DNA of 64,000 nt from Octopus vulgaris (GCA_951406725.2 OX597834.1:4278001-4342000); one strand, 5' to 3'. Counted from the first letter of the stretch, positions 1-12,870 are shown. Translations and numbers: made by a program. Notes: a model not told the origin generated them from the sequence alone.

Positions 1-345
1 ATGTGTATATATATATGTATGTGTGTATATTTACGTATATGTATGTGTGTATATATATGTATGTGTGTATATATATGTATGTGTGTGTATATATATATGT
101 GTATGTGTATATATATATATATGTATGTGTGTATATATATATATGTATGTATATGTATGTGTGTATATATATATATGTATGTATATGTATGTATGTATAT
201 ATATATATGTATGTGTGTATGTATGTATGTATATATATGTATGTATGTATATATATGTATGTGTGTATGTATATATATGTATGTATGTATATATATATAT
301 GTATGTGTGTATATGTATGTGTATATCTATATATATGTGTGTATA
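1..345. repeat. Compound (TA)n/(TG)n/(TATG)n microsatellite
   Basis: Pure dinucleotide and tetranucleotide runs; the three overlapping ORFs here are artefacts. Confidence 0.97.
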
Positions 346-432
346 CTTATACTATAATTTTTATAATAATTTGTACTAGATGAAGGACCAATTTTGTAAA
401 GTAAATTGTATTAAACACACACACACAGTACT

Positions 433-508
<76 letters not shown>

Positions 509-645
509 CAGCACGGGAATCAAACATTAGATTGAAAGAACTGAACAGTGGTATAGATGTCAACACAATTACTTCTACTTCCTCTCTTTCTTTCATTCTC
601 TTTTCCATTGATGGTCCTTTCAGATACACAGGCATCCACACACAT

Positions 646-679
<34 letters not shown>

Positions 680-1165
680 TCTCTCTCTCTCTCTCTCTCG
701 CACAAGACAATGATAAAAAGAAATTGAGACAATTTTTTGAAAAATAACATTTTACCCCCCTTGAAATGGCCACCTGGGTTTGCCATTTCTAAAAACCAAG
801 AACCATTTACTATTGAAAGGACTGACCAGCTGCAAAAATGTCAACACATTGTTTTCTTCTTTCTCTCTTCCTTCTTCCTTTCCTTCTCTTTTCCATTGAC
901 ACTCCTTTCAGTTACAAAAGAACGCACACAAACACACACACTCTCACTTTCTCCCTATTCTTCACCCTTTTGTATTATCTTATATCTCTCTCCACCCCTA
1001 CACACTCAATAATACTATAAAAAGGGACAAAATTCCTGAAAAAGTTCAATCTGACGACTCCGCTAGAGTGGATGCAAGCGCTAATATATGATTTATAAAA
1101 ACATGTGACATATTAATAAATATATGTAAATATAAAAGCATCCATATTTCTGAGTACCTTATTTC

Positions 1166-1218
<53 letters not shown>

Positions 1219-1486
1219 ACAATATAATAAATAAATAAAATATATGCATATATACATACATATATGTACATACTTACATCTATATGTATATATACAAGCA
1301 TATATATATATATATATATGAGTAGAGGACACCACAAATAAATGTAGAACACAACGAGAAATGAAAACATAAAATCAAACAAGGAAACGAAAAAACAGAG
1401 TACAGGACAAACAATATAAGGAAAATTCCCCTTCATCAGCTGCCCCTATGTACATATGTATATATATACATATATATATTTACGAA

Positions 1487-1799
1487 GCAGCGTGGAGCCA
1501 GCCACATAACTGGTCCTCCATGCTGGTGGTACCTAAAAAGCACCATCTGAACGTGGTCAATGCCAGCTACCCCGCCCCGACTGGCTCCCCTGCTGTTAGC
1601 ACATAAAAGCATCATCTGAACGTGGCCGATTCCTGTGCTGCCTGACTAGCTCCTTTGCTGGTGGCATGTCAAAAGCACCCTCTACACCATTGCCAGATGA
1701 GATTGGAACCTGGTGTGGCTTCCTGGCTTGCCAATCCCCAGTCAAACCGTCCAATCCATGCCAGCATGGAAAACAGACGTTAAACGATGATGATGATGA
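1487..1799 (+). mobile_element. RTE LINE 3'-UTR-derived repeat (family B), 5'-truncated
   Basis: Tandem ~55-bp GGTGGCAC..AAAAGCACC units ending CGTTAAAC(GAT)n; about 12 copies in the window. Confidence 0.8.
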
Positions 1800-1801
1800 A
1801 G

Positions 1802-2175
1802 AGGAGTGGCTGCGTGGTAAGTAGCTTGTTTACCAACCACATGGTTCCGGGTTCAGTCCCACTGCATGGCACCTTGGGCAAGTGTCTGCTACTATAGTCT
1901 CGGAAACTGAAAGAAGCCTGTCGTATATATATATATATATGCGTGTGTGTGTTTGTGTGTATGTGTTTGTCCCCCTAGCATTGCTTGACAACCGATGCTG
2001 GTGTGTTTATGTCTCTGTTACTTAGCGGTTCGGCAAAAGAGACTGATAGAATAAGTACTGGGCTTACAAAAGAATAAGTCCCGGGGTCGATTTGCTCGAT
2101 TAAAGGCGGTGCTCCAGCATGGCCGCAGTCAAATGACTGAAACAAGTAAAAAAATAAAAGAGTAAAAGAGAGAGT
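1802..2175 (+). mobile_element. tRNA-derived SINE (family A)
   Basis: A box TGGCTGCGTGG, B box GGTTCAGTCCC, CCTTGGGCAAGT (CORE-domain-like), internal (TA)(TG) microsatellite, (GTAAAAGA)n tail. Confidence 0.9.
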
Positions 2176-3570
2176 ATGTGACGCTTGATGTGGTGTAGCT
2201 ATCTGTTAGTTTTATTGATATTACTCATTATTTTGTTTAACGTTTTACTCCTTTTCAAAAATTCCAGCTGCTTACCAATATTTACCAGTTTCCCTCTGGT
2301 TTATTTTCCTTATTTCCTTGTTTAGTTTGTTTCCTTGTTTAACTGAATTTCATTTGTCTCAGGTGTTTGCCTTTCACATTAGCCCTGGTTTTTACCAAGT
2401 GTTATTGGACTATTTCTGTACTGTAATTAGTCGTGGATTTTGTTATGCCGCTTTGTGTGTCATGTGTCTTATAGTATTTATAGATGTTTTGTTGAGTGTT
2501 GTTTGTGCTGTAATTTCTCTGTTGACAATTAGACATGTTCAATTCTGTGAACCTTAACCCTTTTGTTACTGTATTTATTTTGAGATGCTCTGTGTTTCTT
2601 TCAATTACTTTAAATATAACAAAGAATTTAGTTATTGTTAAGCTAGTGTTAGGAACATAAATTGTGACTAAGGTTTGGTGGGAGATTTTAATTCAAAACT
2701 TATGAAAACAAGACATTTGTACTCAGAGCCAGAGGCAGGTTGGTATCAAAAGCATTAAGAATTGTTTCTCTATTATATATCTTAACCCTTTTGTTACCAT
2801 ATTTCTCTTGAGATGCTCTGTGTTTCTTTCAATTAGTTTTAAATGTAACAAAGAATTTAGTAAAATAACTTGGTTATCATTCAGCTAGTGTTAGGAACAT
2901 AAATTGTGATTAAGGTTTGGTGGAAGATTTTAATTCAAAACTTATGAAAACAAGACATTTGTACTCAGAGCCAGAGCCGGTTTCAGTCGGATTGGTAACA
3001 ATAGGGTTAATTTTGTCTTTTGCCAGAAGTGGTTTCCCCAAACTCTTTTGAAGATCCTGATAGTGTTTCCGTCACTCATTGATGTGTACGTGTGTCGTTA
3101 GTAGATTAGTCGGGTGAAAATGAGTTGGCAGATCGTTTGTTATGTAACAGTGGTAGCGAGGTGTGTTTAATAGTAAAGAATGTCTGTTGATGAGATGTGG
3201 TAGTTATCTAGGTGAGGTGTGTTGTTGTGAATTTCGACACAGGGTTTAGTTGTTCTGCCATTACGTCATCTTTTTGTTATCCATATTTTGTATCAAGATG
3301 TCTTGTGTGTGTAGGAGTTTCACAGTGGTGGTGTTTGGGAATGTATTGTACTTGGGTGTGTCTGACCTGGATACACTTCAGAATGTTACACTTCAGAATG
3401 TTACACATATGCTTGTTAATGTAGTTCACATTGTTTTAGTCTGAATGTGTCATTCTTAATTGTCATGTTCTACTAATGATCTAATATTGTTTACAATACT
3501 CGTTTACTGAGTGTATAATTTTAGGTCATTCATTATGCCTTCTTTGTGGGTTAACTTGTCTTGCTTTATC
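2176..3570 (-). pseudogene. Heavily decayed retroelement fragment, possibly Penelope-like, interrupted by a MITE dimer
   Basis: Minus-strand A/C-rich composition with weak remnants resembling a Penelope C-terminus; many stops. Confidence 0.3.
2554..3010 (+). mobile_element. Head-to-tail dimer of a piggyBac-type MITE (family D)
   Basis: TTAA-CCCTTTTGTTAC...GTAAC(A)ATAGGG-TTAA termini; two ~200-230 bp units joined by a TTAA-bounded spacer at 2755-2785. Confidence 0.88.
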
Positions 3571-3888
3571 TGGCCGTCAGCTAGAAAATGAGGTGTTCTT
3601 GGTTGGCTTACAATAAAATAAAACAATAACCTCATCAAAATCTCAAAGCTACTACATGGCCAATTCCAAATATTGTAAATAAATATGGATTATGCTTAAG
3701 AGAATGATTTGAAAGCTAAAGTGTTAAATAATGAGGTTTAAAATCATTCATATGAAGAATAAGTTAAAAGTTTATTCTTCGTATTGTTTGTATTTGCTCT
3801 ATCCAGATCTAAAAGCAGGGAAGAGAAACTTAGTGATGTGCCATTCACATATAGAATAAAATCAAATAATTTTGTGTTCATGGATATT

Positions 3889-4196
3889 CATCATCATCAT
3901 CGTCATCGTTTAACGTCCGTTTTCCATGCTAGCATGGGTTGGACGGTTCATCTGAGGTCTGGGAAGCCAGAAGGCTGCGCCAGGCCCAGTCTGATCTAGC
4001 AGTGTTTCTATGGCTGGATGCCCTTCCTAATGCCAACCACTCCGTGAGTGTAGTGGGTGCTTTTTACGTGCCACCAACACAGGTGCCAGACGAGGCTGGC
4101 AAACGGCCACGATTGGATGGTGCTTTTTACGTGTGACCGGAACGGAGGCCAGATGAGGCTGGCAACAGCCACAATCAGATGGTGCTTTTTACGTGC
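3889..4196 (-). mobile_element. RTE 3'-UTR repeat (family B)
   Basis: (CAT)n-CGTTTAACGTCCG...CTGGATGCCCTTCCTAA...GGTGCTTTTTACGTGCC. Confidence 0.85.
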
Positions 4197-4335
4197 CTAT
4201 TATTTATACATATAATATATTAAAGGAGTCTTAGAAGTAAGTCTTGGGTAACACCTGTAAAGTGAGGTGGAAGATGATGACATTTTGACCATTGTACTCA
4301 ACAGACTGATATGATTTCATGAAGTAACTGTGGAC

Positions 4336-4540
4336 TCTCTCTTTTACTTGTTTCAGTCATATGACTGCGGCCATGCTGGAGCACCGCCTTTAATCGAGCA
4401 ACTCGACCCCGGGACTTATTCTTTTGTAAGCCCAGTACTTATTCTATCGGTCTCTTTTGCCGAACTGCTAAGTTACGGGGACGTAAACACACCAGCATCG
4501 GTTGTCAAGCAATGCTAGGGGGGCAAACACAGACACACAA

Positions 4541-4573
<33 letters not shown>

Positions 4574-4722
4574 CATATATACGACGGTCTTCTTTCAGTT
4601 TCCGTCTACCAAATCCACTCACAAGGCATTGGTCGGCCCGGGGCTATAGCAGAAGACACTTGCCCAAGATGCCACGCAGGTGGTTGGTTAGCAAGTTACT
4701 TACCACACAGCCACTCCTGCGC
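4336..4722 (-). mobile_element. tRNA-derived SINE (family A)
   Basis: Reverse complement of the 6899-7322 copy. Confidence 0.9.
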
Positions 4723-5271
4723 CTATTTATGTTTCAGTTCTTATTCCATAATAATGTAATCTACAGAACAAGAAATCGTGTTCTGCTGTTGTAAAAGCTT
4801 TTGTAAAGTGCAGAAATATTTCCATTGATTTTGTTTTTTTCTTAGAATTTTATCTGAGATAACTATCAACTCTGTAGTTACATTATTCTGTGCAATGGTT
4901 TCTACAAAAACTATACTGGCTTCTTTTTGTTGCTGTATTCATTGCTGACTCTCATCGTACTGACTCAGAGTCAGTAACTGTTTGGAAGAATTTGCAAATA
5001 TTTGATTTTAGTTTCAAAAGATGTTATTCTGATGATTACCTTATTTTTTGAAATGGAAAATGGTTTCTCAGTCTGCAAGAACTAGAATTTAGAGATGAAG
5101 CAAATATCAATTACATTATAGTCTTCATTTATGTTTTTGTTTTGTGAGATTCCTGATGTGAAATCCTGTGTTGAAACAGATGTCGTTATATTTGGGGAGG
5201 GTCATATTTTTGCCAGCTAAACACACACACTGAATACTTGGTCTTCACTTCAGCTTATTATCATTTTCGTG

Positions 5272-5573
5272 TAGTGGCTCTCAACTGGGGTCCACATGGC
5301 TCCTGAAGGTCCACACAACAAAATAGTAAATTGGGAATCCACAATAGTATTTTAAGGGCCCCTGAAAACATTTTGCTTTAGATGTATGTATTTATTGGTT
5401 ATGTATTGCAAAAAAATAGCTAGGTTTCTTTCTCTAACATTTTACATAGTTCAACAGAATAAGGATTTTGAAAGAAGTTTCTAGTTTGTAAGCTTCGAAT
5501 GGTTGTGGGGAGTCCACCAGAGTAAAATAGTAATCAAAGGGGTCCATAGACAAAAAATGGTTGAGAACCCCTG
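5272..5573. mobile_element. hAT-type MITE
   Basis: TIR TAGTGGCTCTCAAC / GTTGAGAACCCCTG; 8-bp TSD TTTTCGTG/TTTTAGTG (7 of 8 match). Confidence 0.8.
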
Positions 5574-5946
5574 TTTTAGTGTCTCTGTGTAAACTCTTTC
5601 GTCACACATCCTGTGACCTCAGCAGCGACTCCATCTCATGTGTGACACACCACAGAGAGAGACATAATGGAAAACTATGGGAGATGTGGGATAAAGAGTT
5701 GCTGATGAGGTCACGGGACACTAAAATAATAATAATAAACCTAAAGTGAAGACCAAGTATATAGTGCATGTGTTAAACTGGCAAAAAATAGAACCGTCTC
5801 CAAATATAGCAATATTATAATCTTCATTTTCCTTCGAAAAATTTACTTGTTTCTCTCTTAAAATTGCTTGTTAGAATTGCTTTATAAATATTGAATAAAG
5901 AACAAAATGGCTGAGAACTTTCTAGAGAATCTATAAAATAATTTTG

Positions 5947-6176
5947 TTTTTGGATTTGGTTTGCGAGATTGTGCCTTATTTTATAACACACCAGTAAAAT
6001 TTCCACTTATTTCTTATTTTTATTGTCCTAAAATTTTCGTTGTGTCTTGCAACCTTTTCAATAGTTTTGACTCTCAAAATTTTTGGACAATAAAAATAAG
6101 AAAAAAGTGGAAATTTTACCAGTGAGTGTGTTACATAATAAGGCACAAACAGAAAATGACTCTCCCCAGACACAAC
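5947..6176. mobile_element. Penelope-type pseudo-LTR repeat with internal inversion (family F)
   Basis: Same sequence at 13700, 44895 and 61948; contains inverted arms and a hammerhead-like motif. Confidence 0.65.
6025..6071 (-). ncRNA. Minimal hammerhead ribozyme motif, U3-A8 variant
   Basis: Minus strand: GTC-aaaa-CTA TTGAAAA G GTTG-caagaca-CAAC GAAA ATTT TAG-GAC; stem I, core, stem II, GAAA, palindromic AATT stem III. Confidence 0.65.
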
Positions 6177-6620
6177 TTTAAAATAATGTAATTACATATA
6201 TCATTATTTTAGCTTAAAATTTTCATCTATTAGCAAAACTGTAGAATTCAAAGGAGTGGATTCATGGTTTGCATTGGCAAATAGTAATACAACATGTTGA
6301 ACTAGAAGAAATTTTTCGTTAACATTTATCAAATGATTTCATGTTTGTTTCATTATTAATTTTCTATAAATAGAATTAAGTTTTACAGCTGTAATAATTT
6401 TGACTTTGAATCTTTTTTGTGCGAGTGTGTTGTGGATAAGTGAAGGCTTTTTTCCAAATACTTCATCCATAACTTGACAATGTATATATTCGATTAATTA
6501 TTGATGTATTAAGCATCTTATTTTGGATAATGTAAATGTAAATTATGCTATCTTCTGTGAGCAATACAAATGTTTGTCCATTACAGCAATGTATAATCAA
6601 ATGCCTTATTTTTCTTCCTG

Positions 6621-6720
6621 ATGTTCACTGTGTTCACTAATGTTCACAATATGTTCACTGATGTTCACAATATGTTCACTGATGTTAACAATATGTTCAC
6701 TGATGTTCACAGTGTGTTCA
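6621..6720. repeat. ~21-bp minisatellite (ATGTTCACTGATGTTCACAAT)
   Basis: Four to five imperfect tandem units. Confidence 0.85.
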
Positions 6721-6898
6721 GTCTGCATTGGCAGCAGATTGCATTCCCAGAATACAGAATGATACCCTTTAGTGAACACATTGAGAAATGCGCAAAACAG
6801 CTACTACCACAATTTATAATCTTAAGAGACTGTAAATCCACTTTAGCTGAATAACTGTACATAAAATCTTGTATGTTCAAGATGACTTCATGCAAATG

Positions 6899-7322
6899 TG
6901 GCGCAGGAGTGGCTGTGTGATAAGTAGCTTGTTTACCAACCACATGGTTCCGGGTTCAGTCCCACTGCGTGGCACCTTGGGCAAGTGTCTTCTACTATAG
7001 CCTCGGGCCGACCAATGCCTTGTGAGTGGATTTGGTAGACGGAAACTGAAAGAAGCTCGTCATATATATGTATATATATATATATGTGTGTGTGTGTGTG
7101 CATGTGTGTTTGTGTGTTTGTCTCCCTAGCATTGCTTGACAACCGATGCTGGTGTGTTTATGTCCCCGTCACTTAGCGGTTCAGCAAAAGAGACCGATAG
7201 AATAAGTACTGGGCTTACAAAAAGAATAAGTCCCAGGGTCGAGTTGCTCGGCTAAAGGCGGTGCTCCAGCATGGCCGCAGTCAAATGACTGAAACAAGTA
7301 AAAGAGTAAAAGAGAGAGAGAG
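6899..7322 (+). mobile_element. tRNA-derived SINE (family A), full length
   Basis: GGCGCAGGAGTGGCTGTGTG head with A and B boxes; GGCGGTGCTCCAGCATGGCCGCAGTCAAATGACTGAAAC tail. Confidence 0.92.
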
Positions 7323-7736
7323 TCCACATCTATCAATAATGTATGTTGCGAAGAATTGATTTGCTTCTTTAATCACTCATTTGCTTTTAGTCATGAATAT
7401 TTTATTAATTCTGACTTTTTTTTTATTTGTTTGCATGGGTCTATTCATTCCTTCACATATTTTATACATACTTGTATATATATATCTGGGCCAATCTAAT
7501 TACTCAATTGACTTCATAAAAATTCCCTTGAATAATGCTCCACTTGAACTTGTACCCTTTCCCCTATTCAGAAATGCTAATTTATTCATATTACTTGTTC
7601 TGGCTTCTCCTCCAGGTTTCTGCTATATTTTCTCACGGTTCTACTCCAAGTCCTACACATTTAATTCTACCTGCACATACCAGTTGTACTAAACTTTATT
7701 GGCAATTCACACAGTTTTATTTGTTTCTGTTTCCAG

Positions 7737-7775
7737 CTGGCAGTTACCCTGGTGGGCAACCACCTTATGGCCAAG
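7737..7775 (+). CDS. 39-nt phase 1-1 coding microexon, (A)GSYPGGQPPYGQ(G), of a Gly/Tyr/Pro/Gln-rich protein
   Basis: Polypyrimidine tract plus TTCCAG acceptor, CAAG|GTAAGT donor, length divisible by 3, composition matches the other exons. Confidence 0.8.
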
Positions 7776-8056
7776 GTAAGTTTCAAGCCATTAAATATTA
7801 TCGATCCACCTCCTTTCTGGGATTATTGTAGAAGCCATGCAATTTCTTCTCATTTCTAATTTCTATCTGCTATACTGTTTTCAGTGATGTCGGTGGGCCT
7901 CCTAGTCTTACACAAGATTATATGTGCAAATGAATCAATGAAAGAGATTTGTAAAATGAGTATTTAAGCTGGCTAACATACATAATCCATTTTAAAGGTT
8001 AAGAAAATTTCTCATTCTCCTAGTATAGCCATAAAATTTTAGACATATTTCTAGTT

Positions 8057-8534
8057 TTAACCCTTTCGTTACCAACCCGGCTGAAACTGCCTCTGGCTCT
8101 GAGTACAGATATTTTGTTTTCATAAGTTTTGAATTAAAATCTCCCACCAAACCTTAGTCACAATTTATGTTCCTAACACCAGCTGAATGATAACTAAGTT
8201 ATTTTACTAAATTCTTTGTTACATTTAAAATAATTGAAAGAAACACAGAGCATCTCAAGAGAAATATGGTAACAAAAGGGTTAAGATATATAATAGAGAA
8301 ACAATTCTTAATGCTTTTGATACCAACCTGCCTGAAACTGCCTCTGACTCTGAGTACAAATGTCTTGTTTTCATAAGTTTTGAATTAAAATCTTCCACCA
8401 AACCTTAGTCACGCTTTATGTTCATAACACTAGCTGAATGATAACTAAAATTTTTACTAAATTCTTTGTTATATCCAAAATAATTGAGAGAAAGACAGAG
8501 CATCTCAAGATAAATACAGTAATGAAAGGGTTAA
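8057..8534 (-). mobile_element. Head-to-tail dimer of a piggyBac-type MITE (family D), inverted relative to 2554-3010
   Basis: TTAA-CCCTTTCGTTAC termini; spacer 8281-8311 is the exact reverse complement of 2755-2785. Confidence 0.88.
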
Positions 8535-8705
8535 TGACTGGATATGCTTTCTGTATTGTTTAATATGCTTAAACACACACCTAGAAAATAGGTTAGATAT
8601 AAGGATTGTACAAATACCCTGTGACAGTTGCACTCACTGAAGTAAATGTTGTGCAGTAAATCAGGTCTGCTCTTTTGAAACTTTTCAGTTTTATCCAAAA
8701 TTACA

Positions 8706-9370
8706 TTGGCACTCAGCAAGCTGTCTCGTAGAAATTTCCAGCTACCTTCTATGTTCGATGTCTGTAACTCCACCTCCCTCTCATCAAATTTCTTGATGGG
8801 GATATTCCTAAATCTCTGATCACGTGAAGGGTTCTTTAGCTTCCAAATCCTTCTTTTCTGGATTGGTCTGCTTCTTTGGTATCCTTCTGGCCTCGAGTCG
8901 AAGGTCACTAATGACTAGCCTATGCTGGGGGATACATTCTTCACCCAGAAGGGTCTTTGTATTTAAGAGCAACCCTACGTCCCGCTGTCTGGTAAGGATG
9001 AAATCAATCTGGCTAGCAGAGTTCCCTGACTGATAGGTTATAAGGTGGCTATCTGGCTTCCTGAAGTTAGTGTTGCAGATTAAAAGGTTACATGCATCAC
9101 AGAATTCCAGTAGCCTAGTTCCCTCATCGTTCCGGGTGCCAATATCATGACCTCTGTGTACCCCAGTGAAGATACCAGATTCCCGCCCAACACGCCCATT
9201 AAAATCTCCAGCCACAAAGATGAGGTCATTGCCACTCGTCTTTGAGGTAGCCTGTAGAAGGGTATCATAAAAGTGGTCCTTCTGATCATTTGGTAGCTCC
9301 ACATGTGGGGCGTAGGTGGAGATAATTGTAGCAGTGCTGTTCTGCAGGACTAGCCTGAGCTTATAATTCA
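8706..9370 (-). mobile_element. RTE LINE fragment, apurinic-type endonuclease domain
   Basis: ORF 8820-9371 motifs YAPH, AGDFNGRVG, NTNFRK, SQIDFIL, PQHRLVISD. Confidence 0.9.
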
Positions 9371-9827
9371 TTGTTACAATAAAACAAAGTATTATTTATG
9401 CTCTGTTAATTTGATGTTCAGTCTAGCTGCCAAGAAAGTGTTAAACATGCAAACTGCTATATCCAGTTTAACTTGTAATATTAGTGGGTTTATATGCAAT
9501 ATGTTGGAGGGTGCATAGTTACTGAAGATTTGTCCAAAATTTGAAACATGCATGCACGACTGTTTCTTCTAATTCTGTCCATGGTCAAATTGTACAGACA
9601 TGTTGTTTACAGTCATTGTTGCATAGTGTTGGCTAATAAATATAAATATATTCTATTATACATGTTAGCAATTAAATGAAATGTCATATAAGTTATGTCT
9701 AGAACACAACTGATTGAGAGAATTGACTCTGAATATTGAAGTGCTGCTCCAAGAGTCAAATATTTGTCTTGAAATATAGAAAATACGGTTAGTTCTGTAT
9801 TCCTTATTTCTATTACTTATTTTACAG

Positions 9828-9971
9828 GTTATATTTCACAGCAACAAGCTGGGTATCCACCTCAACAAGCTGGGTATCCACCTCAGCAACCTGGGTATCC
9901 TCCTCAACAAGCTGGATATCCTCCTCAACAACCTGGGTATCCATCTCAACAACCTGGATACCCACCCTCTG
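9828..9971 (+). CDS. 144-nt phase 1-1 exon, GYISQQQA(GYPPQQA/P)n...GYPPS
   Basis: TTTTACAG acceptor, CTG|GTAAGT donor, open frame, heptad repeats varying mostly at synonymous positions. Confidence 0.92.
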
Positions 9972-10719
9972 GTAAGTATATTTTACATTGAATTGCTGCA
10001 TGTATCGATATTTTCGAAAATTTCACTGGGTAGAGACCGAGTTCTTTACAGGAGTTTTCTTTGGCATATTTCCAGTTTTACATTTGTCTATAATTTCTAG
10101 CAATATATTACTAAATCTAATAGTATTGATTATAACTCAAGATTAAAATTTTACAGTATTTATTTCTTCCCTCTATGTTGTGAGTTTAGGGCTAATTTTT
10201 CTCTTCTGAGAGCAGCAAAATAGGTACCAGTGATATATTGAGCATTTGAATAAATAGCATGGAATATATAGCTATATTCTTCACATTCTGAGTTCAACTT
10301 TTCTGCAGGTTACTAACCTTTCATTTCTATGGTATTGATAAAAGGAGTGGTTGTAAAGATGGATTCAAGTGACTATACCACTCCCTGTGACCTTTTATGC
10401 CTAACTTAAAAGTAAATAATATTAGCTGATGTGATTAAGGGCACTACTTCCTTTAGAAATTGTTAGCTTGTACTTAGTCCTCAAAAAGGTTGAATATCCG
10501 AAGATCTGAACTGCTGATAATGAAAAGTGCATTGTACAAATTCATTCAGATTTCTTTGGTATATCAAAATTTTGTTACCAGGGAAACTTCATGATGTTTC
10601 AGTTAACTTTCTTGGCTGTGATATGTGATGCTCCAGTAATTTTGGCAGGTGTTTATATCTTTGTTAGTTTGGTTTGGATGAAGGGACTATGCCCATGGTT
10701 CTTGCAGGTCCTCCAAGAT

Positions 10720-10935
10720 GAGCTGGCAGAACCGTTAGCACGCCGGGCGAAGTGCTTAGCGGTATTTCGTCTACCGTTACGTTCTGAGTTCAAATTCTGC
10801 CGAGGTCGACTTTGCCTTTCATCCTTCCGGGATCGATAAATAAAGTACCAGTTACGCACTGAGGTTGATGTAATCGACTTAATCCCTTTGTTTGTCCCCT
10901 CTGTGTGTAGCCCCTTGTGGGCAATAAAGAAATAA
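10720..10935 (+). mobile_element. tRNA-derived SINE (family C, Meta-domain-like)
   Basis: GAGCTGGCAGAA head, GAGTTCAAATTC B box, GTCGACTTTGCCTTTCATCCTT..GATAAA..AGTACC central domain. Confidence 0.85.
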
Positions 10936-12120
10936 GATTAATGAAAGTGCTGTTAATATTCTGCACAAACTGTTACAACTTGAGGAAAGATGGCTGTAAA
11001 AGAGAATTCCAAAGATATTCCCTGAGATAATCTGGGAAGAAAGGACTGGGTATTGTGTTTTGTGCTGGTTTTGGAAGGGGAGGAATTTGACACAATAAGG
11101 AAGAGATTTATGAGTTGAGTGCATGAATAGAGATGGCATAAGACCGACCAACTCCAAGAGGCCATTGTGGTAGAAGAGGCAGCCTGAAGAGTGGGTCAGT
11201 GGCTGGAGCATGTTTTTGAGTGAATTCCTATCAGTCGGTTGAGTAGCCTTTCTCGGGGGGGGTCTAGAGTGTCTGTGTGTGTTGGTAGCACTGTCCCAGT
11301 TGTGGGAGTAGAACTCCTTTGTGAATTTCACATGAGCTTTGAAGTGGAGGGTAGGAAGGTCAGTTTTTGAAATGCAGTCTGTTAAGGATGAATGTGCATT
11401 AGAAGAGATTTTTCAGTGATAGAGAGGCTTGTTGGTCATATTTGGCAAGCCTTTCTAGTTACTTGTTGGTCATGTTTAAAGCATAGCAAGGTTTAAAATG
11501 GTTTCTTATGTGCATTTTTGGAAATGGAATATACTGTGGTGTGTTCCTAAAGATTGATATGTATTCTATCCTGTGTGTGTCTGAGAGAGAGAGAAAGACT
11601 TGCTCAGACCTGGAGGTTTTCATGTCTTGGGACTCGAGGCAGTCAAAATGCCCCAGTGATTGTGGTTCCTCTCTTCTCTGTGTGTCATTCCATGTTTTAT
11701 CAATCAGCTGCATGTCCATTCTTGATCATTTGGTGCCAAATCAATTTTGAGCATCCTCTCTGTCTCTTCCTATTGGTTTTCTGCTGAAGGACTTGATTGG
11801 CAAGTCTTTCATGTGGGAATTGTATTATATTTGTGTGTGAGAGAGATTGAAGAGTGTGGTGAATATAGGGGCTAGCTGTGGAACCCCTTATTTCAGAGCA
11901 ATGGAAGGAGTATTGTCAGCACTGTTGGCCTTGTTGGTGTGAAGTGATTTCACACTTGGTACGATTGTGTACATAGTAGTAGTAAGTTTGGTGTAATGGA
12001 AGTGGTGATAGTTTTAGTGGAAATTTGACCAGTGGGTGTGAAATTGAATTGAATGTGGGCAGCAGTGATTGTGGAGACAGCCTTTGAGGAGATATTACTC
12101 ACAGTTGTGTGATACCCTAA
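10936..12120 (-). pseudogene. Decayed retroelement fragment, probably Penelope-like
   Basis: Fragmentary minus-strand frames (SSSCNSLCRIL etc.) with Penelope-like composition; no intact motif. Confidence 0.35.
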
Positions 12121-12579
12121 ATGCATATTTCATGGGTTTAGGTAACATTTAAAGGAGTTGCCATACTTTTCTTTTTTTCCATTCTTTTTGCATTTTTTTA
12201 CTAAGTCCAACGTAGATGTTAAAATACTTTTGGTCATTCTTGATGTTACCCATCCATTAACTTGTAAAGCCATTAAAATGTTTCCATGATTTTGAAAAAG
12301 AATGGTAGTACACGCATACTTTTTACAGGGATCCAAGATTGGTTCACAAAAAGGGAGGAACAACCCACAACTTAGAGGTTCTAGCAGTAGAAAGCATGCA
12401 TCCAAATATATATTTAACTGATATTTAGTGATATTAGTGCATAACTGCTGGTTTTGTGTTATTTCCAAAGCAGGTTTTGTGTTATCATAATTATGAGACT
12501 AATTTATGAAAAATACATCAGATTAAAACAAGGGAAAAACACTTTGCTTTTTGCCAAAAACATATGCAATAATAAATAG

Positions 12580-12660
<81 letters not shown>

Positions 12661-12661
12661 G

Positions 12662-12870
12662 AGGCGCAATGGCCTAGTGGTTAGGGCAGCGGACTCGCGG
12701 TCGCAGGATCGAGGTTTCGATTCTCAGACTGGGTGTTGTGTGTGTTTATTGAGCGAAAACACCTAAAAGCTCTACGAGGCTCTGGCAGGGGGTGGTGATC
12801 CCTGCTGTACTCTTTCACCACAATGGCGGTGCCCCAGCATGGCCACAGCTCAAGAGCTGAAACTGGAAAA
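12662..12870 (+). mobile_element. tRNA(Arg)-like SINE sharing the family A / CR1-type tail
   Basis: TGGCCTAGTGGTTAGGGCAGCGGACTCGCGGTC...GTTTCGATTC head; GGCGGTGCCCCAGCATGGCCACAGCTCAAGAGCTGAAAC tail. Confidence 0.85.

Noticed and set aside
1-786. Long ORFs rich in Y/I/C/V/M (also 54076-54458 and 57613-57937)
   Set aside because: They are translations of stop-free (TA)n/(TG)n microsatellites.
1415-1447. CTGATGA on the minus strand as a hammerhead
   Set aside because: No GAAA after the putative stem II.
7535-7831. 98-aa ORF as a single exon, or an upstream acceptor at 7615
   Set aside because: Only 7737-7775 has GYP composition and matching phase; the flanks read as intron.
9828-9971. Cephalopod rhodopsin C-terminal PPQGY tail
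   Set aside because: The repeat period here is 7 or 9 residues rather than 5, it is split over many exons, and no transmembrane exons are visible.
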